Below are positions 30,940 through 40,976 of a stretch of 57,394 bases of DNA, in pieces (within the stretch, counting starts at the first letter, position 1; each line of letters starts with the position of its first letter). The notes under the pieces are model-generated. The model was not told where the DNA came from, did no database searches, and saw only the letters and a program-made list of their open reading frames with translations. The DNA is from Bacteroidia bacterium (GTDB taxonomy: Bacteria; Bacteroidota; Bacteroidia; Flavobacteriales; Schleiferiaceae), in NCBI GenBank assembly GCA_030427285.1, contig JAUHWX010000001.1, positions 1-57,394 on the forward strand, in the 5' to 3' direction. The translations under genes were made by a program, and so were the position numbers.

Positions 30940-31176
30940 TCAACTTTTGTTAACTGAATACCCGTGTTTTTTAAGAAATTCAATCTTCTCTTGAATTACC
31001 TTTTTTGAGCGCTTTTTCATTTCCTTTTCGATACCCTTAGTTAGGCCTTCAAGCTCTTCAACAGATAGCTTGCCTAAAAACTGACTTGAAAACAGTGCCT
31101 TCAAGGTTTTGTTGTTGTTTTGATTTTCTCGTATGGTGTTTACTAAAACACCGGGGGTTACTTTACCTTTTGCCAT
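30940..31176 (-). CDS. Small basic helical protein (H-NS N-terminal-like)
   Basis: ATG after an AC-rich leader; own terminator; 15 Lys + 2 Arg versus 8 Glu; coiled-coil pattern. Confidence 0.75.
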   Translation of the reverse strand: MAKGKVTPGVLVNTIRENQNNNKTLKALFSSQFLGKLSVEELEGLTKGIEKEMKKRSKKVIQEKIEFLKKHGYSVNKS

Positions 31177-31249
31177 ATGTGTGTGATTTTGGGAAAGTTA
31201 GTAATAACTTAAAAAAAAATGCAAGTAAATTTAAGTCTTAATTTTAAAA

Positions 31250-32095
31250 CTATTTCATCTTCAAAAAGTTCACCTCTTTAGGTGATAATTTTCTCCATTG
31301 CCCACGATTGAGTGTTTTCTTTGTCAACCCCGCAAAGTAGACCCTATCCAGTTTGGTTACTTCATAGCCTAAGCTTTCAAATATTCTTCTAACAATCCTA
31401 TTTCTACCACTATGTAAAGTAACTCCTACATTGTTATGTCCTTTACCTTCAATAAATGATATTTCATCTACCTTAATTGGTCCATCTTCCAGAGTTAATC
31501 CTGCTTGTATTTTAGAGAAATCTGCGTTTGTAAGTTTGCTATCTAAAGTTACCTGATATATTTTTCTAGCGCCACTAGACGGGTGCATTAATGTGGCGGC
31601 CATTTCTCCATCATTGGTAAATAATAGTACGCCAGTAGTTTTTCGGTCAAGTCTACCTACTGGGTAAAGTCTTTCCGGGCCAGCATTGGCAATAAGCTCC
31701 ATTACGGTTTTGCGCGCATGAGGGTCGTCCATAGTGGTGATAAAGCCTTTTGGCTTATTGAGCACCAAGTATACTTTTTTCTCTTCCCGAAGCATTTCGC
31801 CATTAAAGCTTACTTCGTCACCAAGCTTTACTTTGTAGCCCATTTCGGTAACTACTTTGCCATTTACTTGCACGGTCCCGGCCTTTATTAGGTTGTCAGC
31901 TTCACGTCTGGAGGCAACACCGGCAGTAGCCAGATATTTATTGAGGCGAATAAGATCGGAACCTTCGCCTGCCGGCTTGGGTGCAGCTGGTGCTTGTGGC
32001 TTTGTATTTTTACGTGGCTTGCTAAAGCGTGGTTTTTTTGCACTATCAGGGCGTGAATTTGTTTTGCGTCCTGGCCCTTTCTTTCCTCTGTTCAT
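31250..32095 (-). CDS. RsuA-family pseudouridine synthase (RluB-like) with S4 domain
   Basis: IRLNKYLA..SRREAD, NKPKG, PVGRLD and SGRNRIVRR motifs. Confidence 0.93.
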   Translation of the reverse strand: MNRGKKGPGRKTNSRPDSAKKPRFSKPRKNTKPQAPAAPKPAGEGSDLIRLNKYLATAGVASRREADNLIKAGTVQVNGKVVTEMGYKVKLGDEVSFNGEMLREEKKVYLVLNKPKGFITTMDDPHARKTVMELIANAGPERLYPVGRLDRKTTGVLLFTNDGEMAATLMHPSSGARKIYQVTLDSKLTNADFSKIQAGLTLEDGPIKVDEISFIEGKGHNNVGVTLHSGRNRIVRRIFESLGYEVTKLDRVYFAGLTKKTLNRGQWRKLSPKEVNFLKMK

Positions 32096-32141
32096 CGATC
32101 AATAAAATTTTCGCAAAAGTACAGAGAATAAGTACGCAAGG

Positions 32142-32495
32142 TCAAGGGTAGAATGCTTCTGGAATATGTTCAAGTAAAAACTTGGGTTCAATTACAATTG
32201 AAATGATGTCGAAACGTGTGTCTTTTTCGGTGGGATAAAGATCAAGGTAGCGATTGGCTGCCCGTATAAGGTGGCCTTGTTGCTTTTTACTCACAAATAC
32301 CTCAGGGCTACCGAAGGCGTCATTGCTGCGGGTTTTTACCTCTACCATTACAAGCCACTCATCGTTTTCGGCAATTATATCTATCTCAGCTTTTGCAAAA
32401 CGCCAGTTTCGTTCCTTTATCCGGTAGCCATTTTTTATCAGGAAGCTTACCGCTTCATCTTCACCTCGCGTTCCAAGTTCATTGTGATCAGCCAT
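32142..32495 (-). CDS. yraN: YraN family (UPF0102) endonuclease-like protein
   Basis: G..GE..A, RNWR, EIDII, VEVKTR and RFDII motifs. Confidence 0.92.
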   Translation of the reverse strand: MADHNELGTRGEDEAVSFLIKNGYRIKERNWRFAKAEIDIIAENDEWLVMVEVKTRSNDAFGSPEVFVSKKQQGHLIRAANRYLDLYPTEKDTRFDIISIVIEPKFLLEHIPEAFYP

Positions 32496-32498
32496 AGG

Positions 32499-33389
32499 CT
32501 AAAAGTACAAACTTGAACTTTCTGAAACTTCCAACTTCACCTTTCGCCCCATTATCAATGAGCGGTTATCTGCTAAATGCCCTGCAGGAAAACCAAAACA
32601 AACAGGAAAATCATATTCGGCAAAGTGATCTCGGATTATCTCCTCTGCTGTTTTTCCAAAGGGAATAGTGTTGTCATTCATGTCACTCATGCTGCCAACA
32701 ATTATTCCAGCCAAATTCTCAAAATACCCGTTTCGCTTCAGGTTGTACATCATTCTGTCAATATGATATAAATACTCATCCAAATCTTCAATAAATAAAA
32801 TGGCACTCTCAGTTTGCAAAGCGGTGTTTGATCCTGTTTGGCTGTAAAGCATGGAGAGGTTTCCACCAATAAGTTTGCCTTCAGCTACTCCTTTCTTATT
32901 ATAAGGATGTGACTCAAAATGATATGCAATGGATTTTCCCGCAAGAGCGTCAAACAAACTATTTAAAGCTTGAGCGGTGTTGGTTTTGAAATTTACCGGC
33001 ATGGTGCTGTGCAAAGATTCGACACCAAGATTGCAAAGCTTATTGTGCAAAACGGTAACATCGCTGTATCCACAAATCCACTTTGGTGAATTTGCAAATC
33101 GACTAAAATCTAGCTTGTCAATAATACGAACTGTGCCGTAGCCACCACGGGCGCATAGTATAGCTTTCACTTCAGGATTGTCCATGCAGGCTTGCAAGTC
33201 TTCGGTTCTTTGGGTATCGCTTCCGCTAAATTGATTTTCTTCTTCAAACAAATTTTTGCCAAAAAGAACCTTGAACCCACATTTGGTAATTTCCGCTACA
33301 GCGGGCCCCAATTCTTCTCTCGAAATTTTGCGAGCAGTAGAAATTATGGCAATTGTATCGCCTGGTTGTAATGCAGGAGGTGTAATCAA
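32499..33389 (-). CDS. S66 family LD-carboxypeptidase
   Basis: ARGGYG, GYSDVT, GGNL, FIED and GH motifs. Confidence 0.93.
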   Translation of the reverse strand: MITPPALQPGDTIAIISTARKISREELGPAVAEITKCGFKVLFGKNLFEEENQFSGSDTQRTEDLQACMDNPEVKAILCARGGYGTVRIIDKLDFSRFANSPKWICGYSDVTVLHNKLCNLGVESLHSTMPVNFKTNTAQALNSLFDALAGKSIAYHFESHPYNKKGVAEGKLIGGNLSMLYSQTGSNTALQTESAILFIEDLDEYLYHIDRMMYNLKRNGYFENLAGIIVGSMSDMNDNTIPFGKTAEEIIRDHFAEYDFPVCFGFPAGHLADNRSLIMGRKVKLEVSESSSLYF

Positions 33390-34111
33390 CGGCTAGCGTT
33401 TTCTAATTTTCTACGATACTGCTGAATGGTGTTTTCCAAACCAAAATATAGCGCATCAGAAATCAAAGCATGTCCTATAGAAACTTCTAACAGTCCAGGC
33501 ACATTTGCTGCAAAGTATTCCAGGTTTTCTAAACTCAAATCATGACCAGCATTAACACCAAGACCTAAACTGTTGGCGATTTCTGCCGCATACGTGTAAG
33601 GTGCTACAGCGTTTTCAGGGTCGCGGCTATAGCCATTGGCGTAGTCTTCCGTATAAAGCTCTATTCTATCAGCCTCCAAGTCTGCAGCACCTTGAATATA
33701 ATCTTCATTACACTCAATAAATAAAGAAACACGAATGCCATTTTCTTTGAAAGTGGCGATTACTTTTTTTAGCATTTCAGCATGGGTAATGGTGTCCCAC
33801 CCTGCATTAGAGGTAAGTACATCGGGTCCATCGGGAACTAAAGTTACCTGTGTAGGTTTATTATCAAGTACTAACTTGATGAAGTCATCTGATGGGTAAC
33901 CTTCAATATTGTACTCGGTGGTTACAATTTTTTTAAGGTCATATACGTCATTATAACGTATATGTCTTTCATCTGGTCGGGGATGAATGGTGATGCCTTG
34001 TGCTCCAAAAGATTCACAATCGGCAGCTACCTTTACCAGGTTTGGCACATCGCCTCCGCGTGCATTCCGCAGGGTGGCGATTTTATTGATATTTACGCTC
34101 AGTTTTGTCAT
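33386..34111 (-). CDS. pdxJ: Pyridoxine 5'-phosphate synthase
   Basis: [31 protein letters not shown] and EVSIGHA motifs. Confidence 0.97.
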   Translation of the reverse strand: MTKLSVNINKIATLRNARGGDVPNLVKVAADCESFGAQGITIHPRPDERHIRYNDVYDLKKIVTTEYNIEGYPSDDFIKLVLDNKPTQVTLVPDGPDVLTSNAGWDTITHAEMLKKVIATFKENGIRVSLFIECNEDYIQGAADLEADRIELYTEDYANGYSRDPENAVAPYTYAAEIANSLGLGVNAGHDLSLENLEYFAANVPGLLEVSIGHALISDALYFGLENTIQQYRRKLENASR

Positions 34112-34117
34112 ACCGAG

Positions 34118-34139
34118 CAAATATAAAACCTTAGTTTTG
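34118..34139. promoter_or_regulatory. Back-to-back -7 promoter elements for pdxJ (-) and the CBS-nadK operon (+)
   Basis: TATATTTG on the minus strand at 34118-34125; TAGTTTTG on the plus strand at 34132-34139. Confidence 0.7.
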
Positions 34140-34148
34140 CCTATGTAT

Positions 34149-34814
34149 ATGAAGGTAGAAAAACATTTATTGAACGACCTAAAACCACTGATTCAGAGTG
34201 AAAAAGTGGTAGATATATTAGATGCCATGGAGGAGCTTAAGTTTTCGCACCTTCCTGTGGTGGATGATGAGCGTTTGTATTTGGGAGTGATTTGTGAAGA
34301 TGATCTTCTCGAAGTTTCAAATGAAGATGATACTTTGGCCAAGCACCTTCGCTTGCTAAAGGCTTATCGTATAAGTTCGGATGCTGATATGTTTGAAGCC
34401 ATTAGAATAATTGGTGAGGGTAACCTCAGTTTGCTACCTGTGGTGGATGCCGAAAATCACTATCGGGGATATATTGCTACTTCAGAGCTTTTGCAGGACG
34501 TGGGTCGCGAATTGACCTTTAAAGAGCCTGGCGGAGTAATTGTTTTAAGTATTCCAGTTCGCGATTATCAGCTTACGCAAATAGCCCAAATTGTGGAGTC
34601 AGAAGATGCCAAGGTTATAGGGTTTCACCTTTCGGAAGATACTGAGCAGGAAAAGCTGCTGGTAGCCTTAAAGATCAATCAGACCGATTTGGATAGAATC
34701 GTAAAGTCGTTTCAGCGCTATAATTATAATGTAGTCGAAGTTTTCCATCAAAGCCTTTTTGATGATTCGCTTGAAGACCGCTATCAGTCATTTATGAAGT
34801 ACCTAAATATTTGA
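34149..34814 (+). CDS. CBS-domain pair protein (AcuB-like)
   Basis: SHLPVVD..YLGVI and LLPVVD..YRGYI repeats plus an ACT-like C-terminus. Start is 34143 or 34149. Confidence 0.88.
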   Translation: MKVEKHLLNDLKPLIQSEKVVDILDAMEELKFSHLPVVDDERLYLGVICEDDLLEVSNEDDTLAKHLRLLKAYRISSDADMFEAIRIIGEGNLSLLPVVDAENHYRGYIATSELLQDVGRELTFKEPGGVIVLSIPVRDYQLTQIAQIVESEDAKVIGFHLSEDTEQEKLLVALKINQTDLDRIVKSFQRYNYNVVEVFHQSLFDDSLEDRYQSFMKYLNI

Positions 34815-34817
34815 TAA

Positions 34818-35696
34818 ATGAAGGTTGCTGTTTTTGGAAAAGTGATCAATGCGGAAACCAAGCCGTTTATAGAAAACCTTTACCAGGAGTTGGTTAAAAT
34901 TGGCGCTGAAATTTCAGTGTTTAGAAAGCTAAATCGCTTCATTCAAGAACACTGCGATATTGACGTGAATTTTGAGGAATTCAATTCACATGAGGATATA
35001 ATAGCTTACAAGCCAGACTTTTTGATTACGGCTGGAGGTGACGGAACCATTTTGGATGCCGTAACTTATATCCGCGATTCGGGAATCCCTATTTTGGGTA
35101 TTAATACAGGTCGTTTAGGATTTTTGAGCAATGTAAGCCGCGAAGAAATTTCGAAAGCTGTAAAAGCCCTTCATGATGGAGAGTATTCTCTGGATGAAAG
35201 AAATTTGCTGGAAGTAAGTTCGGATGCTTTGAACTTAGATTTGAATTTTGCTTTGAATGAGGTTACGGTTTCCCGCAAGGATACCACCGCCATGGTGACT
35301 ATCCATACCTGGATAAACGGTGACTACCTGAATAGCTATTGGGCAGATGGGCTTATAGTAGCCACACCAACCGGAAGTACAGGTTATTCATTGAGTTGTG
35401 GAGGTCCTATTATAATGCCCGGATCCGAAAGTTTTGTGATAACTCCCATAGCTCCACACAATCTAAACGTGCGTCCCTTCGTTATTCCCAACAATATGGA
35501 AATAAAGATGAAGGTGGAAGGGCGAGAAAAGTTATGTCTGGTAAGTTTGGATTCTAGAATTTACAGCATTCCATCAGGCTCTGAGCTTACAATGCAGCTG
35601 GGAAGTTTTAAAATTAAACTTGTAAAAACGGAAATTCAAGATTTTCCGACAACCTTGCGAAACAAGCTCTTGTGGGGCCTTGATAAAAGGAATTGA
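34818..35696 (+). CDS. nadK: NAD kinase
   Basis: GGDGT, GINTGRLGFL, ALNE and DG..ATPTGSTGYSLSCGG motifs. Confidence 0.96.
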   Translation: MKVAVFGKVINAETKPFIENLYQELVKIGAEISVFRKLNRFIQEHCDIDVNFEEFNSHEDIIAYKPDFLITAGGDGTILDAVTYIRDSGIPILGINTGRLGFLSNVSREEISKAVKALHDGEYSLDERNLLEVSSDALNLDLNFALNEVTVSRKDTTAMVTIHTWINGDYLNSYWADGLIVATPTGSTGYSLSCGGPIIMPGSESFVITPIAPHNLNVRPFVIPNNMEIKMKVEGREKLCLVSLDSRIYSIPSGSELTMQLGSFKIKLVKTEIQDFPTTLRNKLLWGLDKRN

Positions 35697-35751
35697 TTTA
35701 CACACCCTTGCCCTCTATCTAATTGATTATATTTGCCCTCATTTTTAATAA

Positions 35752-36570
35752 ATGAATAGTAAAGGTTTCATTCTCAAAATATTAGCTGTTATTTTCAGTG
35801 TGTCATTAAAAGCCCAATACTCTGAAGTTGGTGTTTTTGGTGGTGGTACTAATTTTATTGGCGATGTAGGCGATTATGGCTTTCATCTTCCAAAGGATTT
35901 TTCAGCAGGTATATTTTATAGATATAATTTTAATAGACACTGGGCTATCCGCGTGCAGGGTACTTACGGACGTGTTCGCAATGCCGATAGTTTGAGTGAC
36001 TTTGCTGATCGTTTAAACCGAAACCTGAGTTTTGAATCAGAGATTTGGGAAGGTTATGCAGCGCTGGAATTTAACTTTTTAGAATTTGAACCCGGTACTA
36101 AGCATAATCATACGCCTTACGTGCTAGGTGGTTTTGGAATGTTTTCCTTTAATCCCAAAACTGAGTACCAGGGAGAAATGTATGAGCTTAGAGAACTGGG
36201 GACTGAAGGTCAAAACTCTAGCGCTTCCACCAAAGGTTTTTATGAAGAAGCTTCTAGTTTTTTCATATTTGGGATGGGATATAAATGGGCCATAGGCGAT
36301 TTTACCAGTATAGGATTTGAAGCCACATTTAGAAGCACCAATACAGATTATTTGGATGACGTAAGCGGAAAGTATGCTGATCCTGATGCAATAGAAGTAG
36401 CACACGGCCCTGTAGCGGCCGCTTTAAGCGATAGAAGCTTGAGTCAAAATAATACTGAAAACAATTATAGAGGTAATCCATCTACTGATGATTGGTACAT
36501 TTTTACCGGAATAACAATACAATTTAAGTTTGGCGAATTGTATGAAAAGTGCACAAACTTTATTAGGTAA
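35752..36570 (+). CDS. porG: PorG/DUF6089 outer-membrane beta-barrel protein (T9SS associated)
   Basis: Signal peptide; NFIGDVG, RNLSF, TDYLDDVS and DDWYIFTG motifs; position before uppS-bamA. Confidence 0.7.
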   Translation: MNSKGFILKILAVIFSVSLKAQYSEVGVFGGGTNFIGDVGDYGFHLPKDFSAGIFYRYNFNRHWAIRVQGTYGRVRNADSLSDFADRLNRNLSFESEIWEGYAALEFNFLEFEPGTKHNHTPYVLGGFGMFSFNPKTEYQGEMYELRELGTEGQNSSASTKGFYEEASSFFIFGMGYKWAIGDFTSIGFEATFRSTNTDYLDDVSGKYADPDAIEVAHGPVAAALSDRSLSQNNTENNYRGNPSTDDWYIFTGITIQFKFGELYEKCTNFIR

Positions 36571-37314
36571 ATGAGCTTAAAAGAGCAGTTGATAAAAGAT
36601 AAATTGCCACTTCATGTGGCGATAATAATGGACGGAAATGGTCGTTGGGCAAAGAAAAAAGGTTTTCTTCGAGCTATTGGACATGAAAACGGTGTTTCCG
36701 CCTTACGCAATGCTGCCACCACCTGTGCGGGTTTGGGTATTCCATATCTTACTGTTTATGCTTTTTCAAGCGAAAACTGGAATCGCCCAAAACAAGAGGT
36801 GAATACCTTGATGACACTTTTGGTGTCAAGCCTTAAAAAGGAATTAAAGACGTTGAAGAAAAACAACATCAGGCTAAAGGCCATTGGAAACTTACAGACT
36901 TTGCCAGATAAGTGCCAGCGTGAGCTAGCCGAGGTAATGGAAAAAACGGCTGAGTATAAGCACATGACACTCACCTTGGCCTTGAGCTATGGCTCAAAAG
37001 AAGAAATACTATCCGCCACCAAAGTAATTGCGCAAAAGGTAAAAGATGGGTTGATTGAGGTGAAAGATGTTGATGCTGAAATGATTAGTGCCAATCTTTA
37101 CACGGCAGATATACCCGATCCGGACTTGCTTATTCGCACAAGTGGCGAAAATAGGATCAGCAACTTTTTGCTTTGGCAAATTGCCTATTCTGAGCTCTAT
37201 TTTACCGAAAAATTATGGCCCGATTTCGGTGAAGAAGATTTTTACGAGGCCCTCTTGAACTACCAAAATCGCGAAAGACGTTTTGGTAAAATCAGCGAAC
37301 AAATAAACTCCTGA
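36571..37314 (+). CDS. uppS: Undecaprenyl diphosphate synthase
   Basis: HVAIIMDGNGRWA, FSSENW and RTSGE.RISNFLLWQ motifs. Confidence 0.97.
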   Translation: MSLKEQLIKDKLPLHVAIIMDGNGRWAKKKGFLRAIGHENGVSALRNAATTCAGLGIPYLTVYAFSSENWNRPKQEVNTLMTLLVSSLKKELKTLKKNNIRLKAIGNLQTLPDKCQRELAEVMEKTAEYKHMTLTLALSYGSKEEILSATKVIAQKVKDGLIEVKDVDAEMISANLYTADIPDPDLLIRTSGENRISNFLLWQIAYSELYFTEKLWPDFGEEDFYEALLNYQNRERRFGKISEQINS

Positions 37315-37319
37315 GTTGA

Positions 37320-39824
37320 ATGCGTAGAATCCTACTAGGTCTGTTTTTGGCCTTAAGTCTTTTTGAGCCATTATATGCCCAAATTAGTACTGACAAAAAA
37401 CTCAATGAATTATCTATTTCAAGTCCAAGGGAGTACGAAATTGGTGGAATAACCATCACAGGTTCTGAAAACTTGGACAACCAAATAATAACACTTATCA
37501 GTGGTCTTCAGGTGGGAGATAAGATTTTTCTACCGGGTGAAGAAACTACCAAAGCCATAAAAAATCTTTGGCGCCAAAAGCTCTTCGATGATGTTGGTAT
37601 TTATGTTACTGAAATCAAAGGATCTCTTGTATTTCTGGAGATTAGACTTACCGAGCTTCCTAAGTTAAGCAAGTATGGAATTAGGGGTATCAAAAAATCA
37701 AAGCAAAGCTCCCTACGCGAGGAGATTGATTTGAGTGCAGGTGCCATCGTTACAGAAAACCTTATCATAAGCACACAAAATACGGCCAGAGAGTATTTTG
37801 TAGAGAAGGGCTACTTAAATACTGAAGTTACTGTTACAAAGAGACGTGATACAACCCGGGGAAATTCTGTAATTCTCGAAATTGCAATTGATAAGGGCGA
37901 AAAAGTAAAGATTGAGGAAATAAACATTATCGGCAATGAAAAATTGACAGATAAACAAGTACGCTCAGCTATGAAAGAAACAAAGCGCAAGCGTATATGG
38001 AACATATTTAAAAGCTCAAAGCTCAATAAAGATGAGTATGAAACAGACCTCAAAATGATTGTTGAAAAGTACAACAGCGAGGGGTATCGTGATGCTCGCG
38101 TAGTAAAGGATTCTATTTACCAAATTAACCCTAAACGGATTGCTATAGATATTGAAATAGAAGAGGGTCAGAAATACTATTTTAGAGATATAAGCTGGCT
38201 GGGCAATACCAAGTACAGTACTGAAACTTTGAGCCAGGTTTTGAAAATTGAAAAGGGGGATGTATATGATGCATCTTATTTGCAAGAACGACTATTTGCC
38301 GATCCTACCGGAGGGGATGTGAGTTCATTGTACCTGGATAATGGATACTTGTTTTTTGACTTGAACCCTGTGGAAGTGATGGTTGAAAATGATTCCATAG
38401 ATATAGAAATGAGGATTCGCGAGGGTAGACAAGCCACAGTAAGAAATGTAACCGTAGTGGGTAATGATCGCACCAACGATAAGGTCATCATGAGAGAGCT
38501 TAGAACTAAGCCAGGCGAGCTTTTCCGTAGGTCAGATATTCAGCGAAGTATGCGTGAGTTGCAGCAGCTTGGATTTTTTGAGCCTACTGCTCTCAATGTG
38601 AATCCAAAGCCTGATGCGGCTACTGGAACCGTGGATATTGAATACTCCGTTGTGGAACGTTCTACAAGTCAATTGCAGCTGGAAGGTGGCTGGGGTGGAG
38701 GAAGTATTGTAGGTACTTTGGGCCTGAGCTTCAACAACTTTTCAGCCCGTAATTTCTTCAATAAAAAAGCATGGCAGCCATTGCCTTCAGGTGATGGACA
38801 AACGATTAACTTAAGAGCCACTACAAACGGAACATTTTATCAATCGTATTCCGCATCATTTACAGAACCTTGGCTGGGTGGTAGAAAACCTACATCGCTT
38901 ACGGTATCCATGTATTATAATATCCAGAGCAACTTTCAATCTAAGCAAAGTGACTCTTACGGGGATTTGCGTGTGACTGGTTTTACGGTAGGTTTGGGTA
39001 AGCGCCTCAAGTGGCCGGATGATTATTTTACCCTATATCAGGGAATAGATTTGCAGCGCTATAATCTTAATAATTACGGAGGTCAATTGTTGGGCTTAAG
39101 TTTTTCGGATGGATTTATAAACAACATAAATTACAGAGTGACCTTGGGAAGAAACAGTACCGATTACCCAATTTATCCAAGAAAAGGTTCTTTGTTCAAT
39201 ATTACCGGAGAATTCACACTCCCTTATTCGCTATGGAACGATAAGGATTACGATAACATTTCGGATCAAGAGAAATTTAAGTTTTTGGAATATTATAAGA
39301 TTAAAGTAAACAGTAGCTGGTTTACAGAGATTTTCAATAAAACGGTAATCAAGATGGCTGGAGAATTTGGTTACTTGAGTTTCTATAATCAGGATGTTGG
39401 GTTGCCACCTTTTGAACGATTTTATGTGGGAGGCGATGGTCTGCAAAACTTTAGTTTGGATGGACGTGAGGTTGTAGGTTTGCGAGGTTACCCAAATTTT
39501 TCTGTAGTACCTACTGATGTTCAGCCTGCTGAAGCTGGCTCTGTGTATACCAAATTCACCCTTGAACTTAGGTATTTGATTACCGAAAATCCAAATGCAC
39601 AAATATTTACCCTTGCCTTTATGGAGGGAGGTAATAACTATGCAAGATTTGATAACTACGAACCGTTTAAGCTAAAACGATCGGCTGGTTTTGGATTGAG
39701 AATTTTTATGCCCATGTTTGGTTTACTTGGTGTTGACTTTGGGTATGGCTTTGACAATATTCCAGGTAGAGGCCTTGACGCAAGTGGCTGGAACACTCAC
39801 TTCATTATTGGTCAGCAATTTTAA
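37320..39824 (+). CDS. bamA: Outer membrane protein assembly factor BamA
   Basis: POTRA repeats, FTEPW, LRGY and terminal IGQQF. Confidence 0.95.
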   Translation: MRRILLGLFLALSLFEPLYAQISTDKKLNELSISSPREYEIGGITITGSENLDNQIITLISGLQVGDKIFLPGEETTKAIKNLWRQKLFDDVGIYVTEIKGSLVFLEIRLTELPKLSKYGIRGIKKSKQSSLREEIDLSAGAIVTENLIISTQNTAREYFVEKGYLNTEVTVTKRRDTTRGNSVILEIAIDKGEKVKIEEINIIGNEKLTDKQVRSAMKETKRKRIWNIFKSSKLNKDEYETDLKMIVEKYNSEGYRDARVVKDSIYQINPKRIAIDIEIEEGQKYYFRDISWLGNTKYSTETLSQVLKIEKGDVYDASYLQERLFADPTGGDVSSLYLDNGYLFFDLNPVEVMVENDSIDIEMRIREGRQATVRNVTVVGNDRTNDKVIMRELRTKPGELFRRSDIQRSMRELQQLGFFEPTALNVNPKPDAATGTVDIEYSVVERSTSQLQLEGGWGGGSIVGTLGLSFNNFSARNFFNKKAWQPLPSGDGQTINLRATTNGTFYQSYSASFTEPWLGGRKPTSLTVSMYYNIQSNFQSKQSDSYGDLRVTGFTVGLGKRLKWPDDYFTLYQGIDLQRYNLNNYGGQLLGLSFSDGFINNINYRVTLGRNSTDYPIYPRKGSLFNITGEFTLPYSLWNDKDYDNISDQEKFKFLEYYKIKVNSSWFTEIFNKTVIKMAGEFGYLSFYNQDVGLPPFERFYVGGDGLQNFSLDGREVVGLRGYPNFSVVPTDVQPAEAGSVYTKFTLELRYLITENPNAQIFTLAFMEGGNNYARFDNYEPFKLKRSAGFGLRIFMPMFGLLGVDFGYGFDNIPGRGLDASGWNTHFIIGQQF

Positions 39825-39846
39825 AATAACTAATTTCGCCCGCCTT

Positions 39847-40356
39847 ATGAATAAGACTCTGTTTCTGATAGTTGGACTGATTTTTGGATTGCAGGTTTCT
39901 GCCCAGCGTTTTGGTATTGTAGATAGCGAGTTAATTATGAGTAAAATACCAGAATATGCTCAAGCCAAGCAGCAACTTGACCAGCTTTCTAAAAACTGGC
40001 AAGGTGAAGTAGAGGCCTTATATTCTGAGTTAGATGCTTTGCGACAAGCCTACAATGCAGAAAAGGTGCTCCTTACCGATGATATGCAGAAGGAAAAACT
40101 GAAGGAGATCGCTGATAAGGAAAAAGAAGCAAAAGAGTTGCAGCGTAAATACTTTGGCCCTGAGGGAGATGTATTTAAAAAAAGACAAGAATTAATAAGA
40201 CCCATTCAAGACCAGATTTATACGGCAGTGCAAGATGTTGCTCGTAGAAGAAAGCTGGATGTAGTTTTTGATAAAAGTAGTGCCTTGATAACTTTGTACA
40301 ACAACGGAAAATCCGACATAAGTGACGAGGTAATCGAGAAAATGGGATACAAGTAA
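39847..40356 (+). CDS. skp: OmpH/Skp periplasmic chaperone
   Basis: Signal peptide, helical body, PIQDQI..DVVFDK..DISDEV; start at MNKTL. Confidence 0.9.
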   Translation: MNKTLFLIVGLIFGLQVSAQRFGIVDSELIMSKIPEYAQAKQQLDQLSKNWQGEVEALYSELDALRQAYNAEKVLLTDDMQKEKLKEIADKEKEAKELQRKYFGPEGDVFKKRQELIRPIQDQIYTAVQDVARRRKLDVVFDKSSALITLYNNGKSDISDEVIEKMGYK

Positions 40357-40380
40357 AACAGAAAAACAAGGATAAAAAAG

Positions 40381-40899
40381 ATGAAAAAGCAACTTACCGT
40401 ATTGGCTCTGGCCTTTGGAATGTTAGTGAGTTTTGGAGCAGCAGCCCAGCAAAAGATTGGACACATTAATGCTGATGAGCTATTGCAAATGATGCCAGAA
40501 ACTAAAGCGGCACAAACTCAATTGGAGGCTTACGGTCGCCAGTTAGAGAAAGATTTGAAAGATATGGAAACTGAGCTTCAAGCTAAGATTGCCAAGTATC
40601 GTGAAGATGATAAAATGATGACCAATCTTAGCCGTGAAACTCGTACTAAGGAGATACAAGAGCTTCAAGGTCGTATTCAAGAGTACAGTATGGCTGCTCA
40701 AGAAGATCTTCAAAACAAGCAAGTAGAATTGCTTACTCCAATTATTGAAAGAGCAACTACTGCTGTTCAAAATGTAGCTAAAGCAAATAAATTCACCTAC
40801 ATCCTTGACTCTTCTGAAAGCAAAGCTGTTGTGATTTTTGCTGAAGGTGGCGAAGACATTATGGACAAAGTGAAGAAGGAATTGGGCATTACTGAGTAA
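40381..40899 (+). CDS. skp: OmpH/Skp periplasmic chaperone (second paralogue)
   Basis: Signal peptide; KIGHIN..MPE; YILD..DI..VKKELG. Confidence 0.9.
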   Translation: MKKQLTVLALAFGMLVSFGAAAQQKIGHINADELLQMMPETKAAQTQLEAYGRQLEKDLKDMETELQAKIAKYREDDKMMTNLSRETRTKEIQELQGRIQEYSMAAQEDLQNKQVELLTPIIERATTAVQNVAKANKFTYILDSSESKAVVIFAEGGEDIMDKVKKELGITE

Positions 40900-40928
40900 G
40901 CCATAATTCTTTAAAAAGATATATTAGC

Positions 40929-40964
40929 ATCCCGATAAGGAAATCAATTCTTATCGGGATTTTT
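40929..40964 (+). terminator. Terminator between skp and murI
   Basis: ATCCCGATAAG-loop-CTTATCGGGAT followed by TTTT. Confidence 0.8.
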
Positions 40965-40976
40965 ACTTTTTATACT

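Noticed and set aside
33987-34142. N-terminal extension of the CBS ORF (likewise 39718-39846 for skp, 50678-50737 for metG and 49965-50003 for the lipoprotein)
   Set aside because: The extensions overlap neighbouring genes or promoter elements; downstream ATGs fit the domain starts.
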